Shown: one piece after another, positions 48,740 through 59,238 of the stretch
Layout of the letters: every line of letters begins with the position of its first letter
How positions within the stretch are numbered: the stretch's first letter is position 1
Origin: Folioceros fuciformis
Lineage: Eukaryota
Reading direction: 5' to 3'
DNA: 59,238 bases
Assembly (NCBI GenBank): GCA_049999805.1
Contig: JBNGIO010006356.1
Span: 202,416 to 261,653 of the forward strand
Translations under genes and position numbers: made by a program
The notes under the pieces: generated by a model
Databases searched by the model: none
The model's input: the letters and a program-made list of their open reading frames with translations, nothing else
What the model was told of the DNA's origin: nothing

Positions 48740-50460
48740 GACAAAACAACTAAAGTGCTTATGTCGTTGCTATCGCAAATACTATGTGTAGTGATAGAGA
48801 TATGGTACTTATGAGTTTTGACGACAAAACCCAACAAAAGTGATGCAGGGATAAGATATGTACTTTCAACTTTTGATAACGAAACGACAAAAGACACCGA
48901 ACCGACAAAGACCTTATATGGACAGACGAAGAGTGAACAAAGGGACAAAAGACAACAAGGGCACACAAGAATGACGACGTACTCCAACAAAAGACACCAA
49001 GCGGAAGAAAGAGTGAAGTATGCCACCGTTGCTATTGCAGTAGTGACAAAGATATGGTACTTATGAGTTTTGACACCAAACCCAACAAAAGNNNNNNNNN
49101 NNNNNNNNNNNNNNNNNNNNNNNNNNNNNNNNNNNNNNNNNNNNNNNNNNNNNNNNNNNNNNNNNNNNNNNNNNNNNNNNNNNNNNNNNNNCACCAAACC
49201 CAACAAAAGTAATGCAGGGATAAGATATGTACTTTCAACTTTTGATAACGAAACGACAGAAGACACCGAAAAGACCAAAAGACCCTGTATTACCCAAAAG
49301 ACCCAAAGACCCTATATGGACAAATGAATAAAGTGCTTCAACAAAGACAGCAAGCGAACAAAGGGACAAAAGACAACAAGGGCACAGAAGAATGACGTAC
49401 TCCAACAAAAGACAACAAGTGAATGAAAAAGTGAAGTATGCCAACAAACGACAACAAGCGGATGAAAGAGTGAAGTATGCCAACAAAAGACAACAAGGGG
49501 ACAAAAGAATGAAGGGTCTTGATAAAAGACAACAAGGGGACACAAGAATGATGTCCGCCAACAAAAGACAACAAGCGAACACAAGAGTGAAGTGCGCCGC
49601 CGACAAAAGACAACAAGCGAACACAAGAGTGAAGTGCTCCCACAAAAGACAACAAGCGGCGGACACAAGAGTGAAGTGCTCTGACAAAAGACAACAAGCG
49701 GACACAAGAGTGAAGTGCTTTCACAAAAGACAACAAGCGGACACAAGAGTGAAGTGCTTTCACAAAAGACAACAAGCGGACACAAGAGTGAAGTGCTTTC
49801 ACAAAAGANNNNNNNNNNNNNNNNNNNNNNNNNNNNNNNNNNNNNNNNNNNNNNNNNNNNNNNNNNNNNNNNNNNNNNNNNNNNNNNNNNNNNNNNNNNN
49901 NNNNNNNNAGAGTGACGTGCTTTGACAAAAGACAACAAGCGGACACAAGAGTGAAGTGCGCTGACAAAAGACAACTAGCGAACACACGAGTGAAGTCCGC
50001 CGACAAAAGACAACAAGCGGACACAAGAGTGAAGTGCATTGACAAAAGACAACAAGCAGACACAAGAGTGAAATGCATTGACAAAAGACAACAAGCAGAC
50101 ACAAGAGTGAAATGCGTTGACAAAACACAACAAGGGGACACAAGAGTGAAGAGCGCTGACAAAAGACAACAAGCGGACACAAGAGAGGATTGCGCCAACA
50201 AAAGACAACAAGTAGAGACAAGAGCAAAGTGCCTCGACAAAAGACAACAAGCCGACATAAGAGTGGAGAGCACTGATAAAAGCCGAGAACAAGCAGACCA
50301 AAGAATGAAGTGCGGTGACAAAAGACAACAAATGGACACAAGGATGACACGCGTTGACAAAAGATCACAACAAGCATGCAAAAGAACAAAGTATAAAGTG
50401 CGTTGACAAAAGGCAATAAGCAAACACAAGACAATAAGTGGACAAAATAATCAAGTGCAC
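48740..50460. repeat. 39-bp minisatellite array plus a larger duplicated block; two N gaps
   Basis: Unit approximately gacaaaagacaacaagcggacacaagagtgaagtgcnnn, with more than 20 visible copies at 49365-50440. The block gatatggtacttatgag...acccaacaaaagt.atgcagggataagatatgtac recurs at ~48798 and ~49050-49270. Confidence 0.92.
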
Positions 50461-53400
50461 TAGCATTGTGATGTAACACAATAAAGATATACAAACTCTA
50501 CATATTTTTTAGGGTTTGAGTCTTTGACATTGAACCAACAAAACAACAAACTTGAGCAAAGGGATGTAAGAAAAGTATGTGCAATGAGTACTGCACTACT
50601 AGAATATACTTTTTTTACAGTTGGAAGAATAGTGGTACTCTTATGACTATGGTACAAATTTAACTGTAAATTTTCATTCAATGCATCCTAACTTATGTGA
50701 TAAAATATGTATGTACTTGAATTGGGGTAGAATTCTTGCAACTGTACTTTGATGCATCTCTGAGTAGGTTTTGGAAGTTTGATGTAAAGCTTACTTAGAA
50801 CAGTTAAAACTCTAGGTTGAGCGGACATATTTCTTTAAAAGTAATTGAAAAGGTTTATCCGGAAAAACAAATCATAGGAGATTGGTCATAGTAATCTACG
50901 TCTATGGAGTCGATCACTTGTGGGGAATTCCTCCCCATATCCGAAAGCAATGGTGGAGGAAGACCGTGACGGCAAGAGCCGCTGTCCGCTAGCCTTGCAT
51001 ATTTTGGCTGTTCTTCTCGAGTGAAGTTTCCCTACGCAGAGACAGGTTGAGGGCAAAGCGTTTGGTGTGCGTTTACGAGACCCGTGATGCCACAGCCTCA
51101 CGGACTCCCGAAAATATGATAAGCAGACCAATTTCAGGGAAGGGCTGAATTCGAAGTTAGTGAAAAGGTTTCCGACATTCGGAGGTTGCAGCTAGCGCGT
51201 GAGCAGGATGTTGCATGCAGGACGGTTAAGTCGGGTAGTGCTAGCATCGGAAAATTGCAAGGAATCCTTCCGAAAGCTCTCATAAGAACTGCCAGTACCT
51301 GAACCCATCCACAAACTGTTACGCAGATTCATGTATAGGAACAGGGGGGAGGTCGAGACCGTCTTGCATAACTTTACAATAGTTCAGTGAGATGGCCGGA
51401 CTGGGTGGGGGAAAGGGGTTCAGGCTGGGAGATGATGCGCGGTTGAAGTCTGATCAAGAGGACAGAGAGGCAACTGGTCTGAGAGGGCATGGAGGCTAGG
51501 GGAGAGAGGTTTCAGGAGTCTGAGATGCTGGAGGGAGGTGCGCAATCCCCGGGAAGCCTGTGCTTCGTCACTTGCCGACTTGGCTTTGCGTTCAGGAAGA
51601 TGCACATCCAGAGCCAAGGTCTACACTGAGCGCCAGCAACTTCATTTGATACAGGTGCGTCGAAACAGTTTCATTCGGCTGGTCCCTTTAACCATGCGGT
51701 TTCTCGTGTACACTTGTGTGCTTGCAGCTGCCGTAAGAGAGTGGCTAGCGCCTGCATTTTATAGGATGTACGAGTTCATGAAACCAGCTTGCGATTGGTG
51801 AGAGTATTTGACACAACTTGCAGTCTTGGCTCACATCGTCTTGAAGCTAGCTATCTCTCCCCCCGGATCAGACTGACGGCCATATCAGCAGGCTGAGTGC
51901 TGCCATCAGGTACGTGCCTCACTTCTGTCTTCAGTCTCTAAAGGTGCAGGTTGCAGGCCGAACGTCTGCTTTCCAACCGGCCGACAGTAGAGTGGTGCTT
52001 GGTCAGGGGTCGAGCCAACGGTACCCAGCATTGAAGGTTTGGAACCAGCCTCGTCGCGGCTCTCATGTTATACAACAGACCACAAAGGAATATATATACT
52101 GGGTCCTGCACAAGGTTGATACACAGAACGCATAAGAAGATTGTTGCCTTGCAGCTCTTATCAATCACAACAAATAGCAAGATTATTGCCGTGCAGTTCT
52201 TGTTGTCGTACATGTATGTAAAAAGTGCCAGTAGTGTCATGGCATGCTACTGGTTTGTCACAAGTGGGTGGCCGGTGGCCGCTACGTTGGGTGTTGTATT
52301 GGTTGTAATTTGAAGCCTACTGTTGAGCATCCACGGTACACACTTGCATCGCTTCATCTCCATTGTCATAGCCGTGGCAGCTCCTAAACAGTGGAGGTGT
52401 GAGTACAATGGAACTAAGCGAGACTGTATAGTGAGGAACTGTGTACCGCAATCCTTCCTGCACCTCCGCCCCCGTCCGTCTGCATGGGGTCTTTCAACAG
52501 CTTGTTGTGTCTGTACATCGACTATGCTTGTGACTTTGACCTGTCAGAGATTGCAACTCCAGGAACAGTCTGACACAGCAAGAGATTCAACTGGCGGTAG
52601 GTGCATCCATACTTGGGATTCAGAACTTCCACAGCCGCTGCTCTGACCAGCTCTTAATCTTTACACTCATGCTGGACGTCTTCGAATTCTTGAGCAGCAT
52701 GGATACTCGCGGCCTCCCCACCCCCAGTGAACCAATATCACAAATTGATATTAACAGCCCGTGACCGAGATGCTCGACCGCCAGAAAATTGAAACTCCAC
52801 CACTCGCAGCGAACGAAGCAGGGAAGGATTCAAAGGCAAAAGGTCCAGAGGAAGGATTCTGCACCTGTTTCAAAATGGAATGGAATAAGAAATTCCAGAA
52901 GCAGGTGCAGTTCCAGTTTCAAACCTACTGAAAAACACAGTGACTGAGTGCAGAAACTCAGTGGGCTTCAGCTTATTGTGGTTCGCCAGCTGAAAGAGGA
53001 TGATAAATGACGTCATGGTATTGCCATGCTGCTTCAGTAGATTTCAGGCCAGCGCAATCGTCACCTGATGCAATTCCAGTTTCAAGGGTTTCAAGCTTTC
53101 GTCTGGTTAAAGGTCCTGAGAAGCGATTATGGAACAATCACCTTCCAAAACCCCTACCTCTCGCAGCAGGAAGATGTGATAAGAACATCTTGAAGTGACA
53201 ATCCGCAGATCCACTAACATTGGATTTGTGTAATCACATAACTTCCGTTTGAAACAGGGAAGGCTGGAGTTCCACAAAAGTTATCACAAAACGCGAAACT
53301 AAAGCGATCTCACACTTTTTTTCATACAGTTTCCATGTATTTATTTTAACTGGGCGGGAAGACCACCGAAGTCAGGTGTTTACCGGAGCACGTGGGATCT

Positions 53401-53811
53401 GATGTGCCGACGTGGCATTTTATTGTCCACTTGTCTTGTTCATTGTTTGGGGCCTCTCGGCATCCTAGAGCGCTGAGACCCTCTATGCCTCGGCTATGAG
53501 AGAGAGAAGATCCTCGTCTACAGCGTCCTGTAAACGGGATGAGGGGATGCGTATTTTTTGTGGCGAGTGCAGGCCTGATCCGCCGCAATTGGCGCACCTT
53601 GTGCAAAGGCTAACAACGCATATAAAGCTTCGAATGTCGGAGCGTCTTGGCCACGGATCTGAAGCTGGTGTGGATGTCTCTCAAGTTGTCTGTATTTTGG
53701 TATATATGTCTGTATCTATGTCTGCCTGATGTTTGCTAGCGCTACTTACTGCGTTAGGCTGCGCATGGAAGCATAACGTGGGAGCTTGCGTTCTGGCTGG
53801 CCTCTGGTACA

Positions 53812-55801
53812 ATGGAGTTGGCAGGATTCCCGTGCTGTGGCAGTGGTGCTGAGGGGAATGCTTCACGCATGGTGGTGGGCAATGTGTCAGCCATGCTTGC
53901 TGACATTGCAGGCCCAGGGGATGCCCTCCTGCTGACTGCCCGTGCTGCTGGACTCGTGCACATCCCTTCCGTGGCCAGGGCACACTGGGCCTCCACTCTC
54001 CTGGTTTGTGTGACTGCCGCCCTGGGGCTGCTGGTGTTGCATGCCATGAATTGGATGTGGCCCATCCCCAAGCATCATTGGTTCCACCGAAAACTGCCGC
54101 CTGGACCTAAAGGCCACTTCCTCTTCGGCAGTCTGCATGAAGGAGACCCACTCGAGAATGCTAATGTGGAGAGATGGTCCAAACAGTATGGCCCCGTCTT
54201 CACTGTCTGGCTCGGTTTTGTGCCCACCATTGTCGTCACCGGGGCTGCAGAGGCCAGGGAAGTTCTGCTCAAGGAGGGCTCCCTCTTTGCTTCCAGGCCG
54301 CATCGGAAGTCCAGGATTGTCCTGACCAATAATCATCGGAATATCAACACATCGCCCTACGGACCGAGATGGAGGGCGCTGAGAAGGAACCTCGTCAGCT
54401 CGGTGCTTAGCCCCACCAAAGTGGCTCACTGCGCTCCAGTCAGACACGGTTACATCGAGGACATGGTGCAGAAGCTGAGGAATCACGCTGTGGAAACGCC
54501 TCAAGAGGCGGTGCCGGTCATGGACAACCTCTTGATCGTCACCTTCAAGATTTTACTCCACTTCTGTTTCGGCAAGGTAATCCCGATGGTGTTTTTGACG
54601 AAAAAAGTCTTCCTTCTTCAACTCGCAAGTGATTTGTCATCGGTACCGTCGTACCGTGATCGGGACCGTCGTACCGTGATCGGGACGCACGGCATCTCGA
54701 AATGTGAGCCGACGGTGCCATTGGACTGACTCCGTTGTGTGAATTCAATTTTTGCATGGTTTCATGCAGACATTCGAGGAGGAGGAAGTGATCGTCTTCA
54801 GAGAGACGCTGAAGGAGATACTGAAAGTGGCAGGACCCAACCTGGGCGACTACCTGCCCTTCCTCCACCTCTTACTCAACCCCGCGCATTACAGGCGATG
54901 CAAAGACGTGAGGTCCAAGGTGTCTCGGATCATGCTGCCCATCATAGAGCAGCACAGGCAGCGGAGGAGGCTTGCCGGGGGCCTTGCGCATGTGGCGATG
55001 GAGGTGCAGAAGGACTCCGATGGCGACTACGTGGACACCCTCCTGGCCGCGCAGGAGCGGGGAGAGATGGACATCGCTGACGACAGCGACATTATGCTTC
55101 TGTGCAACGAGCTCCTCAACGCGGGCAGCGACACGACCGCCATCACCATGGAGTTCGCCATGGCCGAGATGGTGAGGAATCCCGCAATGCAGACCCGTCT
55201 GGCCCAGGAAATCTGGGATGTATGCGGGGACGCTCCCGTGTCCAAGTGCCATTTGCTGCACCTGCACTATCTCCGGGCTGTGGTGCTGGAGACGCTCCGC
55301 CTCCATTCCCCGTCCTCCTTCACACTGCCGCATGCCGCACTGAGAGATGCCACCTTGGGCGAGTTCCGTGTGCCCAAGAATGCGGAAATCCTCGTTTGCC
55401 TGCACGCAATTTCTGTGGATAAGGAGATGTGGCAGGATCCGGAGGTGTTCGATCCAGAGAGATTTCTGCAAGGGTGGGACGTGGACGTGACTGGAAGTCG
55501 AGGTTCCAGATTCACCATGATCCCCTTCGGCGCTGGCAGGAGAATTTGCCCCGGCTTCAGCGTCTCCATGCTGCAAATGCAGCTGACCATTGGCAGGCTG
55601 GTGCAGGTGTTCCAATGGCTTCCTGCCCAAGACGGCCATGCCGTGGACATAACCCACACCACCCTCTTCACTGTGAAGATGCTCAATCCCTTGCATGCCC
55701 GACTCAGGCTCAGGGAAAGGAAATATCCAAATCGGGCCCAGCAGCAGCCTGCTGAGACTGCATGTCTTCCACCCCGCATCGTGGCAAGAAATACAGCATA
55801 A
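53812..55801 (+). CDS. Cytochrome P450, CYP77/CYP89-like; 2 exons
   Basis: Exons 53812-54576 and 54770-55801. Motifs LPPGP, FASRP, NINTSPYGPRWRALRRNLV, LCNELLNAGSDTT, ETLRLH, PERF, VDVTGSR, PFGAGRRICPG. Alternative starts at 53869 and 53893. Confidence 0.93.
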
Positions 55802-55870
55802 CGCGGTGCGAGGGAAGGGTGGATCTCTCCCCCACGGTAGCCTGGAGATGCTTACGAAGATCGATGCCGC

Positions 55871-55965
55871 TCACGCGGCTTGCCTTCGTTCATGCCTTCC
55901 TGAACGAGAATGCGGCATCGATCACGCGGCTTGCCTTCGTTCATGCCTTCCTGAACGAGAATGCA
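55871..55965. repeat. 51-bp tandem duplication in the P450 3' region
   Basis: tcacgcggcttgccttcgttcatgccttcctgaacgagaatgc at 55871 and 55922. Confidence 0.9.
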
Positions 55966-56329
55966 GCATGCAGTGTGAGCGATGGGAAAGCACTAAGGTA
56001 GCATGCTCTACATACATGCGTCTTCCGCCGCCCCCTAGCCATGGAGTTTAGGGTTTAGGGCTCCAACTCTCTTGGTCCTGTTCTCCACGTGTTTCACAAT
56101 TGTCAAGTGACGTGGTAAAGCAGGATGGAGTGTCGTCAGTATGAACACGATGGTGTTACCAGCTTCCAAGCACAATCTACGAACTGTTGGCTCAACCCCT
56201 TTTATAAGCCGGCCCTATTTCATCTGCAGGATTCAGACGGAACAAGAGAGCCACATGACCTTCAGCACGGGCAGCGAAACATCCAGCCGGGGAAGGTACT
56301 CTCTGAAAGAGGAGCCAAAAGAGCCAATC

Positions 56330-56410
56330 CGCAGCCTGAGAGATTCGAACTCTCGCGGGCGAACCCATGTACTTAGCAGGCACACGCCTTAACCACTCGG
56401 CCAAAGCTGC
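56330..56410 (-). tRNA. tRNA-Ser (anticodon GCT)
   Basis: Minus strand GCAGCTTTGGCCGAGTGGTTAAGGCGTGTGCCTGCTAAGTACATGGGTTCGCCCGCGAGAGTTCGAATCTCTCAGGCTGCG. It shows an acceptor stem, A box, long variable arm, GTTCGAATC B box and a downstream TTTT. Confidence 0.95.
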
Positions 56411-56612
56411 TTGGTTAGTAGTGGTTCGAACAAAACGTACTGATAGTTAAATTAAAATACGAAGTTTACAACACCCACAGGCACTTCAACCTCAACTTCA
56501 CGGTCCGCCAGCCCTAATTTAGGAAACAGCTCCCGGGATGCAAGATGGCCTAGGGTTAAGCTTTCTACTAGGATTCGTGGCTTTTGTGTTCGGCACTGGA
56601 GGGACCGCAGCC

Positions 56613-57744
56613 ATGGATTGGGACGACTCCGCTCTTATCAACGCTTTTAATTCCGCAGTCGCCAAGTATCAGGTAGTTTCCACGTTTGGAGACCCTGAGC
56701 TTCTCTTTCTGAGGCATTTTGGTCGTGAGCTCAAAACTGGCTGGAGTTTGCGAGTTGCAGGTTACAGCCTGCTGTGCAAGCTCTTGGGGTGAAAGGCGGG
56801 TTTTGTACTGTGTTCTTACAGTCTCTAGTTGAAATAATGTAGCAGGAAATGCATGGGATGGCAGGCAAGCGAAAAACTGTGAACACTGCCAAAGGTTATG
56901 GTCACGAAGGTGCTACTTCCAACTCGGATTCCCTGGGAGAAGATCTTTCTCTTGTTGACGAGCCGCTGGGAAGGTAAAATTCGATATCTCTTCAAGTTTC
57001 GTATCTACACCTTCTCCAGGTTGAGCGACATCATTTTGAGAAATCCAGCGAGGTTGTTCACTCACATGGGATGAGTGTTCTTGGTGGATGGACAGGGATA
57101 ATGGAAATGAGGACGATGTGGAGGTTGTGTTGTCTGAAGTTGATGCGGATGCACACTGTCAGCCAGTTTTACCCATGACTCCTGGTGCTGAGGAAAGTAT
57201 CGAGCAGGAGCAAGCAACACGGAATGATGCATATGGGTATGACACCGCCACACAGTATGGAAACGTTTCCGGCAATGAGCAGTATTCTGCTTTGCAGCAA
57301 GTCTCTTATCATCTCCAGCAGTTGGAACATCAACAGCGCATATTGCGACAGCAGCTAGATTCGTTGGCAGGTTATGCTGGCTGGCAAGGTATGCACCAGT
57401 ATTCCAGCGACAATAGTGCTCAGACATACGGCGGTCACTCCTACTATCCGTCAGGCTCTCCTGCTGTCTACCCGTGTTACTGTCTCTACCATTGTCACCA
57501 TCCAAATTTTTGGCCATCTAGGTCACCTTGTTGCTATTTGCCACCTGTATACTTCCCGTGTGCTGTGCATATGCAGCAACACGCACCTTGTTGTCAGCAG
57601 TTCCACGGAACCAAGCATCTTTGTCCAGGTCTCTCCGATCCTAGGCAGCATATCCCAGGAGCTTGTCAGGACTCAAGAACTGGCCCGGTTGGGGCAGGAG
57701 ACGTGAAACCGGTAGACGGGAGATTAGCGGAGAACATTGCCTAG
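56613..57744 (+). CDS. SMN-like protein (N-terminal Gemin2-binding WDDSAL motif); 3' end uncertain
   Basis: Exons 56613-56672 (MDWDDSALINAFNSAVAKYQ), 56846-56973 (EMHG...) and 57096 onward (Gln/Tyr/Cys/Pro-rich). Confidence 0.7.
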
Positions 57745-58013
57745 AGACAGCCATCTTATCTGTCAGCGGATTGGTTACCGGTGGTCTGCCTGGAGGTTAT
57801 GTAGATTGTCTGGATGAGCTTTGGATGAAGCTCGGAACGATTGGTATCTACTTACGTATCGTCGGAGCAGTGTTGTGGTTCGTGCGGGACTTTGGACTCA
57901 CTTTTGTAAGTTCTGAAGAATTTTCTTATAAAATAATCCTCTTATGCTAGCATGCATACACTCCACCAACAACTCACCAAAAGTGATAGATTTCATGGAT
58001 TCTACTATGAAAA

Positions 58014-58667
58014 TCAATTGTTGTCGTCCTTTTTCTTAGGATCTATCAAACCACATAGCATACATAAGGCAAGATTCATCTTTTGCCAAAAACATTCTAC
58101 ACATAACAAAAAAGAACAAACAAATTTCATAAATTGCACAACATACAACAACAAAAAGTTAGGAAGAAACACACCTCTATATGGTATTGCAACCGGCGGA
58201 AGAGGTTGCCTTGAATAGTTAAAAGGACGTCGATTTGTGCCCACAGGATCGGGTGGTGACTCTTGAGAAGATTGCCCTTTAAAAAGTTCGGGCATGATAC
58301 GAGGAGCAAAGTTGGGTGCGATGCCGATGAAATCTTTAGGGTGAGTGATCCGATGGCCTTTTAGCTTGTCTACTCCTTGCTTGAAAGAAACTACTCCACT
58401 TACCCCGCCAAGTTTGGTGGATGTTGTATGAATCTCAATCTGCTGCAAATCTCTCTTTATTCCGTTTTGTGACAATCTTCCGCGCTTCCACATGAAAGCA
58501 TAGTTGGTCACTCCTCGATAATACATGCTAGGACGAAATTGCAACAACTCTTGTTGTTTACTACCAACTTGTATCAATCGAATGGGCCTTGATTCTCCAA
58601 CAATGAAAACGTTCACTATAACGATAATCGTGCATAGTGTGATTGCAAGCAACTTCCATGATTCCAT
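58014..58667 (-). CDS. Putative secreted precursor protein, unknown family
   Basis: 217-codon ORF in AT-rich DNA beginning MESWKLLAITLCTIIVIVNVFIVGES-RP, which looks like a signal peptide. Confidence 0.45.
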   Translation of the reverse strand: MESWKLLAITLCTIIVIVNVFIVGESRPIRLIQVGSKQQELLQFRPSMYYRGVTNYAFMWKRGRLSQNGIKRDLQQIEIHTTSTKLGGVSGVVSFKQGVDKLKGHRITHPKDFIGIAPNFAPRIMPELFKGQSSQESPPDPVGTNRRPFNYSRQPLPPVAIPYRGVFLPNFLLLYVVQFMKFVCSFLLCVECFWQKMNLALCMLCGLIDPKKKDDNN

Positions 58668-59008
58668 GGTAAAAAACAAGAGATCCTTAGTAGGAGAACC
58701 CAATAGTGAAGTCTACGATAGCTACTAATAATCCTATGGCTAGGTGCTCTTGCTCTCCCATATGGAGAAGTGGGCCAAAATTATGGGTTTTGGCATGATC
58801 CCTCTAACACTTCATCACTTTGTAGAATAGACGATCCCCATATTATACCAAATGGTAGGCACATACTAAACCATTCATGACCATGTCAAACCATTAATGA
58901 CAAGGTATGCTATAAAAAATCGTAAACTTGCTTAACTAGGATTTGAAGATAAGTATAGTATGGAATCCTGTGCCACAAAACTTAAATGAATATTTGTACC
59001 TTAGGCCC

Positions 59009-59165
59009 AAACCCTAAGCTGTTACCTCACATGGTAAGGTAAGTTGAAAAAATATAGCATTTTATGTTGTAAAAAAAACCTACTAAAACCCTAAGCTGTT
59101 ACCTCATATGGTAAGGTAAGTTGAAAAAATATAGCATTTTATATTGTAAAAAAAAAACCTACTAT
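59009..59165. repeat. 77-bp tandem duplication beginning with a telobox-like AAACCCTAA
   Basis: aaaccctaagctgttacctca.atggtaaggtaagttgaaaaaatatagcatttt at 59009 and 59086. Confidence 0.88.
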
Positions 59166-59238
59166 ATGAAGAAGTGATTAGGGTTAGGCGTAGTTGGCTT
59201 AGGGCTTAACAAAACCCTAAACCAGCTGTGTGTAATGT

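Noticed and set aside
49365..50440. CRISPR-like array
   Set aside because: The units are contiguous and similar along their whole length with no unique spacers, there are no cas genes, and the context is eukaryotic.
51870..51912. Short hairpin as a miRNA precursor
   Set aside because: Too short and imperfect, with no recognisable mature miRNA.
54872..55779. Antisense ORFs opposite the P450 (similar ones lie opposite CAD and the minus-strand P450)
   Set aside because: Shadow frames of GC-rich exons.
56046..56062. Telomeric repeats (also near 36040, 44450 and 59213)
   Set aside because: Only one or two TTTAGGG units each, consistent with telobox-like motifs or chance rather than an interstitial telomere.

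Overview
This is gene-dense nuclear DNA from a non-seed land plant. The short GT-AG introns and PLS-class PPR genes with a 'PGQSWWTD' box fit a hornwort such as Anthoceros, but the taxon is an inference. The window contains four 100-N gaps. Genes in order: SIZ1 SUMO E3 ligase; CAD1-clade alcohol dehydrogenase; KXD1/KxDL (-) head-to-head with a two-domain rhodanese/sulfurtransferase; an apparently intronless GBPL3-like GTPase; two tandem zf-MYND + DUF4470-like genes (-), each head-to-head with a PPR gene or PPR relic; one intact WW-type PPR-E+ gene, a frameshifted paralogue and further PPR fragments; an AT-rich sn-2 GPAT; MEE14/CBP1; a decayed Ty3/Gypsy pol; two divergent CYP77/CYP89-like P450s (one atypical) separated by a 39-bp minisatellite; tRNA-Ser(GCT); an SMN-like gene; and a candidate secreted precursor ORF. 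Best leads: (1) the duplicated MYND-DUF4470/PPR bidirectional cassette, whose MYND gene looks fungal-like; (2) a possible GPAT + CYP77-like cuticle-polyester neighbourhood; (3) the atypical P450; (4) the CNGGVA-loop sulfurtransferase; (5) the orphan secreted ORF. All family assignments come from motif recognition, with no database searches.
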